From the human T2T-CHM13v2.0 reference genome, Homo sapiens, in NCBI RefSeq assembly GCF_009914755.1, contig NC_060929.1: a stretch of DNA of 64,000 nucleotides. The stretch is one strand, 5' to 3'. Each line of letters begins with the position of its first letter. Position 1 is the first letter of the stretch. Positions 11,341-25,724 of the stretch are shown here, piece by piece. The notes under the pieces were generated by a model. The model was not told where the DNA came from and did no database searches. It was given only the letters and a program-made list of their open reading frames with translations. A program made the translations under genes and the position numbers.

Positions 11341-13054
11341 TAAAAATAAAGTGTTACAACTTTAGTTATGTATCACTTATATTAATACTAAGCAAAAGTA
11401 AGATTTTCACAGGTCATTCAAGATTTATACAACTACAGTACCAGTACACTGGGGCAGCGATGTTCATACTTCATACATGCAGCCCCACAATCAAGTAAAA
11501 TAAAATAGTTTCACTGTAGAAATTCAGATTTTTTTTTTTAAAAGATGAGTTCAATTCTCCAAATGTGGCTCCAAGCCTTGTGTTGCATAACCCCGAGAGG
11601 AAACCCTGGAACTGATTTACAAGGGGTGGGAGAATTTGATTTTCTTCATAATTCTAGAAATCTTTGGAGTATTTTCTCTTTGGCATAGTTTGAGAAGAGA
11701 TGTGTTGTTGTTGCCTTGAAGTTGAAATGAGGTAGCTGTGTTTCCCTTCCCTAGTTCTCTTCTATAGATCCTTAGCCTTACCCTGGATCCTTGCCTTATA
11801 TACTTGGCACTTTTAAAACAAATGTGCTGCAGATTCATTAGATGTAGCACATTATTTAGTGTGTCTTTCTCTCTCTTTCCCATCCGTTTTTTTGGTGTGG
11901 TACATTATTATTTCATTTCACGTTTCTATATCTTTTACTGTTTATTAAAAATATTCCACAAAAAGCAGTGAGGTAGTTTAATAGATTTACAGTTTTCTTT
12001 GCAGGGTTTGAAGCTCTGATTTGGATTACAAATTAAGTATTTATAGTCTTCACATCCTCAATCCCACAGAGTTAAGGATGCCCAGACCCATTTTTTCATA
12101 ACATTTTCCCTTAAAGGTCCTCCCCTTCCCCGGATACCTCTCCAGTAACTCTGGAATTTTGAACTATTTGGAATTCAAAAAGCAGCTACTTTTGATTTAT
12201 TCTCTCAGAGTTAAATGGCTGCTTAATATTGGCCCCACTTTTGTTTAGTTTTTTATCTCATTTGTCTTCCTTGTTATACTTACGCACTCTGTTATACTTG
12301 GATACTTTGAACTTGAACGCTGTAACAGATGCAGTTGGAACTGAATGAGCTGTGTGGTTTGGGATTTGGCAGTTTGAGAGTTCTGCTGGGAAGCTTTCCC
12401 ATTTTTCTGCACTGTGTCCCACTTCCCTTCTGCCCCCTTGCACCCTCTACCAAGTTCAACCCTTTGCCTTTGTTGTTTATAGTCCATATTTTGCCTTTTT
12501 TTTTTTTTTTTGGTTCTTTTACCTCCCTTCAAAAATACTGTACACATCCCAGTTTTGATAGGGTATTCATGACAAAAAATTCTGCAGTTCTTGTTACTCT
12601 GAGTGTACTTGTGGGAAATGAGTGGCTGGGAGGGTATGGGGAACTGGGGGAGGCACTGATGAGAAGAAGCTCTCTCTTCAGAAGGGCATTGCTGTGTGAT
12701 ACTCCTCCAGAATGTGCCATCGTAGGATAAAAGCTCTGTCACATAGACCTTGGTTGGCTGATTCAAACACTGTTAACCCTGTTTTAGACTCATATTTCAA
12801 AGTTTGAACTTTCTTAGCTCAACAGCTTTTGGACCTGTTAGTCAGACCTAGCTATTTTCTTAATCTAGCTTTATTACATCCTAGAAATGTGTACCAAAGG
12901 CCACATAAAAAGACAAATGATTAATAGTTAACTAGAATGTGAGAAGAAAACTACTTGTACATTATTTGGTAGTGGAGTTAAGATACCTAAAGATATTTTC
13001 CTTACATCACTATTCATACAGAAACTGAAAAATTATATGTAAAATATCAACCCA

Positions 13055-13345
<291 letters not shown>

Positions 13346-14124
13346 TTAAGGAATAGTGTTTGTAATAAATTACTTACTGGCCCCAGTTCTAAATAAATAT
13401 AAATGTTATTAGCTGTAGCACAAAAGTAAATATTTCAGAACTAGAAGAGTTTATCCTGAATTTTTAATTTATGTAGGCAAAATACGTGAATTGAAAATAT
13501 ATTCCTTACCATGTTAACACCTTGTAATACACAGTATCTCTTTTTTTAGTAAAGGAATTTCTCCCTCACCCCACATTCATACTCTTTATATACAGTACTG
13601 TCCAAAGGATGGATAAAGTTGAAAAGTATACATGAATTTTGAAAATATGAATAAAGTATATGGAACTTCACAGAATTTAAAATGTATTGCAGTTCAGAAC
13701 ACTGAAAATCCTGCAGTGTCTAACTGGGTCAGAGGAAAACCTTTGAAGCTTCGTTACTCATACTGTTGCTCTTCCATCTAATGCCATAATGTTACACTTT
13801 TGAATTTATGAGGTGATAAAAATATAGTGTAATTTTAAAACAAAGGGCTTATTTTTAAGTGCAAATAGTGAAAGAGGTTGCTTATTTTATCTGACTCTCA
13901 AGAATTCTCAGGTTCTCCTGTTTAACCATTACATAATTGTCCAGGCTACATGAGTAAGTAAACATTTTTAAAAAGAGAGTTGGCAGACTGCAACACTTTT
14001 AATTTCAAGTAGTTACTTATTTTAAAATAATTTTTTATGAATTCCAAAAATTAATGTCATAAATTATTTCAGGATTGATTGGACGATAAGTAGACTAAAG
14101 ATTGCTATTTGCATTTTGGTTTAG

Positions 14125-14311
14125 GACATATTTGACAGTGATTGGTACACTTCTCGAAATCTAATTGGGGGCGCTGACATCATTGTGATCAAATACAACG
14201 TTAATGACAAGTTTTCATTCCATGAAGTAAAGGATAATTATATTCCAGTGATAAAAAGAGCATTAAATTCAGTTCCAGTAATTATTGCTGCTGTTGGTAC
14301 CAGACAAAATG
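14125..14311 (+). CDS. RHOBTB3: RHOBTB3 exon 3 (187 nt)
   Basis: ttttag|GAC; DIFDSDWYTSRNLIGGADII...AVGTRQN; donor G|gtaagt; phase 0 to 1. Confidence 0.97.
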
Positions 14312-14954
14312 GTAAGTATTTAATATTCTTTTTTGTAGTGAGCATGCAAATATTATATATACTTTAAATAGTGCTAAGTTTATTAATGGATAATAGGGTT
14401 TGTTTTTGAAAACCAAAATGACTTTGGTTCAATGCCAGCTGCTATCGCTTCATCATTTGATACGATAAAAAAACAACAAAGGAGAGGATCATGAACTTCT
14501 GCTGTGATTCCACTGGGTGCAAATCTGTCTTCTAAATGGCTCTTCTACAGTAGTGATGGAAGTCAGCAATTGTATTATTTTGACATATGAGAGGTATTAG
14601 GCTGATGCTGAGCCCTAGAAAACTCTTTTTGATGATCTGAAGGTCTACCTGATTGGGAAGGATAGATTGTTCACATGAAGATGTGGGCTTGGGAGCAGGA
14701 TTTTTAGGTAGATAACAATGAGTGAGCTGGAAACACTGACAGTGCTGCCTAAAAGAAAGGATTGCTTATTCCATGGCTGATAGATTCATTGGGTTCAGGC
14801 TGCTTCAGCCATTGCTGCTGTGCATATTATTGTCAGATATCTTAGGGCCAACTCAGGATTCAGTTTGATTTGGTGGTATTTTACAGATCTTCTTAGTGGT
14901 ATTTCCTAGTAAAGCTATTTTTAAAATTTTATTTTTACACATTATTCTAAAAAC

Positions 14955-15440
14955 TTTTAAATTGAGGTATTGCGAAGTAAAGGACATAAGGTTTACTGAT
15001 CTTAGAGTGCAGCTAAATGCATTTTTACCTATGTATACAGCCACGCAACCCACATACATCAAGGTATAGAACATTTGCAGCACTTGAGAAGGCTCCCTCA
15101 TGCTCTTCCCAGTTAATAACGCTCCTCCTCAGAGGTAACTGCTATTCTGACTTCTAACAACACAGATTAGTTTTACCTATTTCTGAACTTCATACAAATG
15201 AAATTATATGGTATGTAGTAGTGCCTTAGGTTAGGCTAATTTCAGTTAGCATAATACTTTTGAGATTTGTCCATGTTGTGTTTATCTGTAGTTTGTTCTT
15301 TTTATTACTATATATTAGTCCATTGTATGAATATGCCATAATTTATTTATCCATTCTTCTTTTGAGGATGCTTAGGTCGTTACCCAGGAGCGGGATTGTT
15401 GGGTCAGAGGGCAGGTATATATATAGCATTAGTAGATACA
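14955..15440 (-). mobile_element. Old L1 3' fragment (L1MC/ME-like)
   Basis: aaggtatagaacatt...ctgctattctgacttcta...tttgagatttgtccatgttg. Confidence 0.65.
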
Positions 15441-15634
15441 AGTAAGGCAGGCATGACCTACCCGTGACCCCATATCCCCTCTACTTCCCTATCTTTCTTT
15501 TTATTTCTGGTCATGATTCATAAAAGAGTTATCTGCACTTCCTGAGTCCATTTCCTATTCATTCTTCAGTCCGCTACAGTCTGACTTTGACTTTCACAAG
15601 TGCACCAAGTTTGTTCTCCCTCAGGGTCTCCAGT

Positions 15635-16011
15635 TGCTGTGGTCTGAATTTGTTCCCCAAAGTTCATGTGATGGCACAGTGTTGGGCAGTGAGACTTTAG
15701 GAGGTAATTAGGGCAAGAGGACTCTGCCCTCGTAAATGGATTGATGCTATTATCTTTAAAGTGGGTTAATTATCATGGGAGTGGGCTCCTGATAAAAGGA
15801 TGAGTTTGGCCCCCTTCTGCCCTCTGTCTTGTGAGCTCTCTTGTACTTCTGCCTTCCACCATGGGACGATGCAGCAGGAAGGTCTCACCAGATGCTAGCA
15901 CCTTGATATTGGACATCTCAGCCTCCAGAACTGTGAGAAATAAATTTCTTTTCTTTATAAATTACCCAGTCTGTGGTGTTCCATTATAGAAGCACAAAAC
16001 GGACTAAGACA
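15635..16011 (+). mobile_element. MSTB-like MaLR solo LTR inserted in L2-like sequence
   Basis: TGCTGTGGTCTGAAT...GGACTAAGACA; TSD ccagt/ccact. Confidence 0.85.
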
Positions 16012-16786
16012 CCACTTATGTCCTCGTTAGCCAAATTTAATACACTTTAATAACAATTATCTCTTATCGAAGAGATAAGAGATAATAATACTTATCTCTT
16101 GTTGAAATTATTGAAACATACCTCTCCCTCCATTTAATAAAGCTACTGGTTCTTTTAACTATCTGTCTCCTTTGCCTTTCTCCCCTCCTCCCACACACAC
16201 ACAGCAGAATTGTTTCCCAGGGTTCCGTCCTTTGACCTCACCTGTTCTTACTCTTCAGCCAAACCATTAACCTGCTAATCTGTTGTCCTGGCTTCTCCTA
16301 TATAAACACCGATAACTGTTCAGTCTGTCTCTCTGGCTTTAGTCTTGCTCCTGGCACATATCACCATAGACATCATCTTCCTCTGGCCAAATTTCCTGTC
16401 TTGGTGAATGATGCCAGTCCTATCCATTCACCCAAACAAGAATCATCCTAGACCCAGCCCGATTCCGCATATCCAGTTGATTAAGAAGCCCTTTTGCTTT
16501 TACATTTTAAACAAATCTCAAACTCATTACTTTCTCTTCATCTCCATTGGATTTCGCATTCTAGTCATTTAGTTATTTGTCATGGTGGCCTTCTTTTTGG
16601 TCTCTTTAAGGGATGGTTTCAGATTTTGTAGGGCCTCAAACTTACACAATTTGGGAGGTCCTTCATAAGGAAAAAAACCCACAAAATAACAGATACATAT
16701 ATGTACAAAAGTAAATATTTAGAATGATAAGTGAAAGCACAACAAATTACAACTAAAAAGTTGTCAAATACTACAGACATTTTTAA

Positions 16787-17079
<293 letters not shown>

Positions 17080-17172
17080 AACAGATCTTTTTAACAGCCT
17101 GATACTTCTTCAACTTTTCTTATGTTTTTTGGGTGACCATAGTCTTTGGTCATCTCTTCATATGATAACCAC

Positions 17173-17529
17173 TGATAGGTTATGGCTGTGTCCCCACACA
17201 AATCTCACGTTGAATTGTCATAATCCCCATGTGTCATGGGAGGGACCTGGTGGGAGGTGGTTGAATCATGGGAGCGGGTTTTTCCTGTGCTATTCTCATG
17301 ATAGTGAGTAAGTCTCATGAGATCTGATGGTTTTATAAAAGGGCAGTTCTGGTCATGCTCTCTTGCCTGCTGCCATGTAAGATGTAACTTTGCTCCTCCT
17401 CCACCTTCCATCATGATCATGAGGCCTCCCCAGCCATGTGGAACTATGAGTCCATTAAACTTCCTTTTCTTTATAAATTACCCAGTCTCAGGTATGTCTT
17501 TGTTAGCAGCATGAGAACAGACTAATACA
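17173..17529 (+). mobile_element. THE1B/C MaLR solo LTR
   Basis: TGATAGG...CTAATACA; perfect 5-bp TSD accac at 17168 and 17530. Confidence 0.92.
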
Positions 17530-18282
17530 ACCACTTTATGATATTTTCTATAGAGATGAGAATGATAATCAGTGGAATCTGATTATCAGTTATCACACAC
17601 TCAACTATACATGGAAGTGACTATAAACCACAAATAGTTCATTAAGCCTAAGGTTAAATTCCCTTTGGCAACATCCCCCAAATGCCCACAGTTACTCCAG
17701 AGCTGCCTGATACAAGATGAAGTGATTTGGAGTGGAAAGAGACAATAGTCTTGACTAAATATCTTAGTTTGCAAATTTTACAAAAGAATATGACCATGTG
17801 AAGATATATTGCTCAGGTTCTTCCTGGGGCTTGGAAAGGATCCACAAGAAAAGAGTCTTGAAGCTTGAGCTTCATCAGCTTTATGGTAAATTGGCCTCTG
17901 GTGTGCTATTCCTGGTTTGTCTCTTTCTGAAATAAATTCTCTCAGAATAGTTATCCTAGAATACAAGTCAGATCATGGCGCTCAATGCTTTGAATTCTTT
18001 GAGAACTTTCTTCTTTGCCTCTTATTTTGCAAAATTTCAAACCTAAGAAAGTTGACAAGAATAAGACATTGAACCCTAGATTTTATAAACACACACACAC
18101 ACACTTTTTTTTGGCTGAACTATTTGAGAGTGAATTGTAAACATTATGAGATTTCTTTATTCCTAATTACTTTAGCATGTATCATCTAAGAACAAGGCCG
18201 TTATCTTATTAAGCCTAATACAATCATCAATCAAGAAATCTAACATACTATTACATTTTTACTATTATTTAAGATATAATCT

Positions 18283-18591
18283 GGCCAGGCGCAGTGGCTC
18301 ACGCCTGTAATCCCAGCACTTTGGGAGGCCGACGCGGGTGGATCATGAGGTCAGGAGATCGAGACCATCCTGGCTAACACGGTGAAACCCGGTCTCTACT
18401 AAAAATATGAAAAATTAGCCAGGCGTGGTGGCAGGTGCCTGTAGTCCCAGCTATTTAGGAAGCTGAAGCAGGAGAATGGCACGAACCCAGGAGGCGGAGG
18501 TTACAGTGAACCGAGATCGCACCACTGCACTCCAGCCTGGACGACAGAGCGAGACTCTGACTAAAAAAAAAAAAAGAAAAGAAAAAAAAAA
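18283..18591 (+). mobile_element. AluY-like
   Basis: gagatcgagaccatcctggctaacacgg diagnostic; A tail. Confidence 0.93.
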
Positions 18592-18737
18592 GAGATAGAA
18601 TCCATATTTTCATTTCCCCGGTTGTTTCCTTATAATGTGCTTTATAGCTGGGGTTTATCATTGTTGTTGTCTTTTAACCAATCCAGGATGCAATTAAATA
18701 TTACACATTACATTTAGTTGTTATATCTCTCAATTCT

Positions 18738-18895
18738 CTTTTTTTTTTCTTTCTTTCTGTTTTTTTTTTTTTTTTTTTTTTAGAAACAGGATCTTGCTGT
18801 GTTGCCTAGGCTGGTCTGAACTCGGGCCTAAGCAATCCTCCTGCCACAGGCTCCCAAGTAGCTAGGATTATAGGCATGCATGACCACATCTGCCT
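18738..18895 (-). mobile_element. Alu monomer (FLAM)
   Basis: T tract followed by a single antisense arm. Confidence 0.8.
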
Positions 18896-20027
18896 TCTAA
18901 TCTCTTTTAATCTGGAGCAGTACGCCCAGTGGGTTTGGGGGGAGGGACCGTGTCTGTCATAATATGAACATTTTTAATGAGCCCAGGCCCTTTAGTTTGC
19001 ATAATTCCTTCATTTATGATAAATGTGCTTGCAAAATAGTGATGTTTCTATCGTTCTTCCTATACTTATTGGTTGATATTCTTCTGTAAATGGAGCTTTC
19101 CTTTTTCTCTGCTCCCAAATTTTTCTCTTAGAATTATTATGATTCATGGATTTCTATTTTAAATTCAGTATTTTGTGATCTGTTCTGATTATTCTTTTGG
19201 ATGCTCACATTGCTCCATATTTGCTTGCAGGGAGTCATTTCAAGCTACCTCTAATCAGTTTTTAGCCCCTTCCTTATTTTCTGGCACAAGATATTCCAGG
19301 CTCAGACTTTGCCTATCCCAGTCCTAGAATCAGCCATTTCTTCAGGAACTCTGGTTCCTTCTAGGGGGCAATGATATTTAGAAACCAAGGTCTGGGCTCT
19401 AGGATGCTCATGACTTTAGGTGTCTTTACTTCTGCGCCCTTTAATTGGCTAGAGCTAGGGATTATACTTTTTATTTAAATTATGGGCACTGATGCCCTTA
19501 TTTCAATCTGGTATTCGTATCTCATTTCAATAACTTTTTCTTGTAAAATCTTTACCTGAAATACAAGATCCTTCATGAGGTAGCCTCTGACTGTTTCTAT
19601 AATCTTGCAGGGCACAATCCCCTGCCTTATGTATCAGTCACACTGAACTACTTGAAAAACTTAATGTCTTTCTTTAGGTCTAGGAAAGTCTTAACTGTGT
19701 GACTTCAGATATCACCATCCATCCATTTTCTCTATTCTCTTCTTTTGGGACTTTTGTTAGACTGATGTTGGAACTTCTGGATCTCTTCTCTGATTATTTT
19801 ATCTTTCTTTTATATTTCTTATTGCTTTATTTCTTTGTGTTGCATTATGGGAGAGTTCCTTGGCCTTTTCTTCTGGTTCACACATTAGTTCTGCTGGGTC
19901 TGTTCTGCTATTCTGCCTTATTAAATTTTTTATTTCAAAAGCTTTTCATACCAGATCTCTAATGGCTGTTTTCATAAGTTCTTGTTCCAATCTTAAGGAT
20001 GCAAACTTTTATTTAAAAAAACTCTCA

Positions 20028-20363
<336 letters not shown>

Positions 20364-20844
20364 TTAATAATTCAGTTTTGATTTTTCTATTAAGTTTGGT
20401 TTTAAGATGGCATTATAAGTCGTTCTACTTGATGAGATTTTATTTTATGGTATGGATACTTCTTAAACATTGGGGAATTCTTAATTTGCCTACTTTTGCA
20501 GTTGACTTTCCTTGTTGGATTGATGCCTTCCTCTTTCTCTGCCCAGCTGCTGTCTGGGGATGGGGGTGTAAGTAGGAAAACACCCAGGATCAACAGGCTT
20601 GGCTGCTTCCACTGGGGTTCTCCCACTCATCCCCAGTCATTTGCCTTTGGGCCGCCTCCTCCTTGTTGCTCCCTGCATTGTTGAGCAGGGAGCACTCTAG
20701 GTGTGGCTGCAGTGTGAGCCTGTACTCAGAGCTTCAGGAGGCCTCTTCGGTCCTGTACTGCCTGCCTTCATTCTCTCAAGCACTCCTAGTTTCTGGGCTG
20801 ATGAGGTTTCCCCTCTAGTTTTTGAGTGTTGCTGTGTATTCAGT

Positions 20845-21340
20845 CCTTCCTGCCTCCCTCCCTGTCTTTCTCCCTCCCTCTCTTTCTCCTTCCCCCTTCC
20901 TTCTTTCCTCCCCTCTTCCCTCCTTCCCTCCCTTCTTCTCCTCCCCCCCATTTTTTTTTTTTTTTGAGACAGCATGTCACTCTGTTGCCCAGGCTGGAGT
21001 GCAGTGGCACAGTCTCAGCTCATGGCAACCTCCACCTCAGGTTCAAGTGATTCTCCTGCCTCAGCCTCCTAAGTAGCTGCAATTATAGGTATGAACCACC
21101 ATGCCTGGGTAATTTTTGTATTTTTAGTAGAGGTGGAGTTTCATCATAGTGGCCAGGCTGGTCTCGAACTCCTGACCTCAAGTTATCCACCTGCCTCAGC
21201 CTCCCAAAGTGCTGGGATTACAGGCATGAGACAATGCACCTGGCCCCTCTCCCCCTTCCTTCTTTCCTTCCTTCCTCCCTCCCTCTCTCCTTCCCTCTTC
21301 TCTCCTTCCCTCTCTTCTTTCTCTCCTCCCCCCTTCCCCC
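20845..21340 (-). mobile_element. AluS (20951-21245) embedded in a CT-rich low-complexity tract
   Basis: Antisense Alu flanked by about 100 bp of (CCTT/CCCT)n on each side. Confidence 0.9.
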
Positions 21341-21985
21341 TTTATTTCATCATCTCTGTGATTTGGCAGGGAGGGGAGATCACAGTGTGGGCTTAGCTTT
21401 CCATCTTGAAACTGGAAATGAATGTTTTCCTTTCTTCTCACATCCAGTCCCCTGTACATGCTGTATTCTTAACTGTAGTGCCCCTCTACACAGCCCCTAT
21501 CATATCAGCATAGCAAATTCACACTTATCTTTTAAATCATTACACTTTCTGTGAAGCCTTCCGTAATCCCCCCAGACAGTTAACTTTCTCTCCTCTGTTG
21601 TGTGGTGGCTTTGGACATCTTTATTTCAGTGCTTATTATGTTATATTATAACTGTTTGCAGTCATGTCTATCTTCTCTCAGTTGACTATGAGTTTTTATA
21701 TCATTGCATTTTTATATCCCTGGCACTTGATGTGTGGTAGGTACTCACTAAACGTTTATTCAATGAGTGAATGGTTTTATGGATGATCTGAGTAAGTGAA
21801 AAAATCAATTTCACTAACAAGATGAAATTAATTTGCCATACAAGATGTAATTACAAAGTAATTACAAAGCTAAATCTGGCTATTCAACTCGAGGACCTAT
21901 ATTGGCTTCCCCCCATCCATCCCTTGGAATACATGAAACTGTGTTGGGTGCTCTCCTGGTAATTCCCTTGGAACTCTTTTTAACT

Positions 21986-22470
21986 TTTTGTTTGTTTGTT
22001 TGTTTTTTGTTTTAAATAGAGATGGGGCTGGCCACGGTGACTCACGCCTGTAATCCCAGCACTTTGGGTGACTGAGGTGGGAGGATCACTTGCGATCAGG
22101 AGTTCAGGACCAGCCTGGGCAACATGGTGAAACCCCATCTCTAGGAAAAATACAAAAATTTGCCAGGTGTGGTGATGCACACCAGTAGTTCCAGCCACTA
22201 GGTAGGCTGAGGTGGGAGGATCACTTGAGCCTGGGGGAGGCAGAGGTTGAAGTGAGCAGAGATCATGCCACTGCACTCCAGCCTGGGCGACAGAGTGAGA
22301 CCCTGTCTCAAAATAAATAAATAAATACATAAAAATTTAAAAAAATTAAAAAAATGGAGATGGGATCTCGCTATGTCAACCAAGCTGGCCCCCAACTCCT
22401 AGGTTCAAGGGATCCTCCCACCTCAGCCTTCCAAGTAGCTGGAATTAAGCACACGCCATCATGCTCAGCT
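21986..22470. mobile_element. AluJ-like (+, 22026-22335) nested in an antisense FLAM
   Basis: FLAM tail (tttg)n lies left and FLAM body right; TSD aaatagagatggg / aaatggagatggg. Confidence 0.85.
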
Positions 22471-24220
22471 TCTTGAAATTCTTTTTAAAGTTAAAAAGAA
22501 TTCAGCCAAGTATAATCCAGTCTCATTTCTTTCCTTTGTTACACATTTTTGACAACTTTGACCCTATGGATGTCTTCATCATACTTGGCTCTGAATAAAT
22601 TTTCGGCTTATACTAAATATTGAATCTATCTTGAAAAGAGAATTTTTTTTCAGAATGTGCTTAGAATGTATTCATAGGTTTAAGCTCCCAAAGACAGGCA
22701 TCCTTTCAGTTATTTCTGAAGCTCTGGTAGAGCCTGGTCCTTTACTAGGCTAGAATTTTTGAAAAGAATTTCTAAAACTTCCAAGCAGTGGCAATGTTGT
22801 AAGAATTAACCTGCAGGTTCCCAAAGCCACTACTTTTCAAAGATGTTATCCATTTGAATGTCAGAGTTACATTGTGCTTGCTTTTAAAAAAAAATAGACA
22901 GCATTTTATGATAACATCTTAAGCATATAAGGGAAAAAAAGACTATAATGTTAGCTAGAAGTGTAGCACTCATTCAGAGTCACGTGACCATGCCGCACCA
23001 CAATTTAAAATTAGTTTGAATCCTCTGCTTGTTCCTGATTAAATGGTTAATGTAAATTAATTTAATTTAGAATCGGTTCTACTGCTATAACCAATACAAG
23101 CCAGACTTCTACTTGGAATCTTAGATCATATAGCTGACTGATATTGAAGAATATAGGAATGGTTCAAAAGAGAACCACAAAGTAACTATTAAGAAACAAA
23201 AGCCTCTCAAGAAGGTTTTAAGAAGTAAGATTTTAGAATCCAGATAAAGGGTAGGTAGCTAAGTGGCAACACAGTTACAGCATAATATGGTGTAGAAAGA
23301 CTAGACATTTTTTCCTTTCTGGTGAGTGAACAAAAACAAATGTCTTCAGTGACATAGAAGAGATACAGGGGCACTTTCTAGGAACATGTGTAGGTAAGTT
23401 GCTTACAACCACGCACAGTGGAAAAACCACCCTGCTAGCATAAACCTGAAATTAGTTGTATTTTCTCCCTCAAATCAGATTGTTAAAAATTATTTTACAT
23501 TATGTTCACTTCACTTTTCCACTTGAAACACTCCTGTCTCTGCTTGATTTCTGTCCAGAAATAAAGTTTAATAAGATGATCTGGCTACCCACTCCATTCC
23601 ATCAACATAAGGAGACCTTTGTAGATATAAGAAGGCCTCTGTTTTCAGAAAATCAAAGGCACTGTTTAGGAAGGCTTTGTGAAGAATGTGAAATACCAAC
23701 ATGTTATTTTTCAAGATAGGCTAAATTCTGTATGAAAACTTTATTTGCTCCAAACTTAAAATGATCTTAGAAAAAGTAAAAGTAAAATCTCAAATTAGAA
23801 TTTATGGCATAATTTAGAGAACTCAAGTTTAATTTTTAAATCACTGTATCTTTGGAATCAGTAATTCTCTACTAAAACTATATTTTTATTTTTCCTTTTG
23901 GTGTCACTTTTATTATCAGGTGGAGCAAGTAGCAGTGTTATGATTGCTTCTCTATCTCTAACCCACAAAGAGACTTGGAAAAGCCACATAACCTCTCTGA
24001 GCCTCAGTTTCTTCCTCTGCAAAATGAGAATATGAATATATGGCTTCTGAGCTCCAAAATGCTTTCAGTGAAGCTAAAATTATCTAAGCCATGTGTGTCT
24101 GTGTGTATGTGTATGTGCATTTTTACATACATGGTATGCATATGCACTAAATATATTTAGCGTATACCCGATATTTACATATATCTGCTCCATCTGTATG
24201 CAATTCATTCACAGGGAAGT

Positions 24221-24676
24221 TGCTGCATATGCGATGGGGGAGTTGCTCAAATGTCCTTTCAGGGCCAGTGTACTTACTCCCTCAGTTATTGGGGCTTGTT
24301 GGCTGCTGCTGATGCACATCTGAGCCCCTTTCCATGCATTACTCTGTGCTGATGGGAGCTGCCTTGCCCAAGTTATCCCTGCTCCAGGGGCTCAGCCCTT
24401 GTCTGATTGCTGGTCGATTTAGGGATAGGATACAGCTCAGCTACCTCCTTTCCCCAAATGAGGAACAACTCTAAAAGGCCATCTAAGCTCCAGAGCCCCC
24501 TGTAGGATCAGCTTTGGTCCCTGTTCCAACAGTACTGCAATTCCAATTTTCCTTCTACCCAGTCCCGCATTCCTCACCCCTGAGAAGCGTTATTCCCAAG
24601 ATCACTCCCCAATTAACCTTCTCCACACCACTCTTCATCTTAGAGTCTGCCTCCCCACGGGAAGCCAATCTACAAC
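24221..24676 (+). mobile_element. LTR16-like (ERVL) solo LTR
   Basis: 3' end catcttagagtctgcctcccc...gccaatctacaaca resembles LTR16 ends. Confidence 0.55.
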
Positions 24677-25569
24677 AACATGCATTTCTAGAAATGAATT
24701 TACCCTCTTTTGATCTGGCAGCCTTTTTGAATGGTGACACATCTGATGTTGTGGTCACGATACATAACAAATCTGGCTGACAAATATGGAGTTAAACATA
24801 TATTTTTAGCCTTACTAGGGATGTTCTTATAGATAGATTGTTCTACCACCTTCCTAGCCATAGATGTATACATGGTACAACTGTGAATTTTGGGACTTTC
24901 ACTTTTTGAGTTAATCCTTTTTATTTCTTCAGTTTTTAATTTTTTAATCTTAAAGAAAAAGATAAAGAATGATTGAACTTGTTCTCTGAAGTCAAATGCG
25001 TTAGAGTTTAATGATTGAAATGTCTGAATTAATAGGAATGTACTTCCTATGAAGTTTACAAAGAGAGTGACAATTTTGTTGCCTGGAAAATCAGGTCAAA
25101 TTGAAGGTTCTGTTACAATAGAAGTGTAAGGTTTACTCAAACTTTGTAAATAGATTTCAAGTTTATTATATTAAAAAAGCAAATCCACTGTTTTCCATGC
25201 TCTCCATGGCAATCAAGTTGTTACATTTATCTTCTTTTCTACTGGCCTAGAAATACTGATATTCAGGATGTCAAGGTTGTGTAAAAAGAAGCAGGCCCAC
25301 GAGTACTGGTTGTTTGTTAATATCCATTCACCTACTTTTAAATTTTTCTATTTTCTAAAATACTATTTATTATTCTTGCAGTGAATGCTTGTTTATTTAG
25401 GGAGTCATTGACACTTTGTATTCAGAGTTTAGTGGGTAGTGGATATACTGAATGCTTTTGAACTGTGGCTCTAGTATGAGCTCTTTGTTGTTTAATGTTC
25501 AGATTGTCTGTGTACCTTTTTTTTCCTGTTTAATTTCGAAACTCTTTGTTTTAAAATTTGTTTTCTCAG

Positions 25570-25724
25570 AAGAGTTACCTTGTACATGCCCACTATGTAC
25601 CTCAGACAGAGGGAGCTGTGTTAGTACAACTGAAGGGATCCAACTTGCAAAAGAACTAGGAGCGACCTATCTTGAACTCCACAGCCTTGATGACTTCTAC
25701 ATAGGAAAGTATTTTGGAGGAGTG
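25570..25724 (+). CDS. RHOBTB3: RHOBTB3 exon 4 (155 nt)
   Basis: ttttctcag|AA; EELPCTCPLC...GKYFGGV; donor GTG|gtaagt; phase 1 to 0. Confidence 0.97.

Noticed and set aside
12245-12766. 173-aa minus-strand ORF and overlapping plus-strand ORFs in intron 2
   Set aside because: Crosses a poly-T run, has no recognisable homology and no supporting splice pattern; treated as chance.
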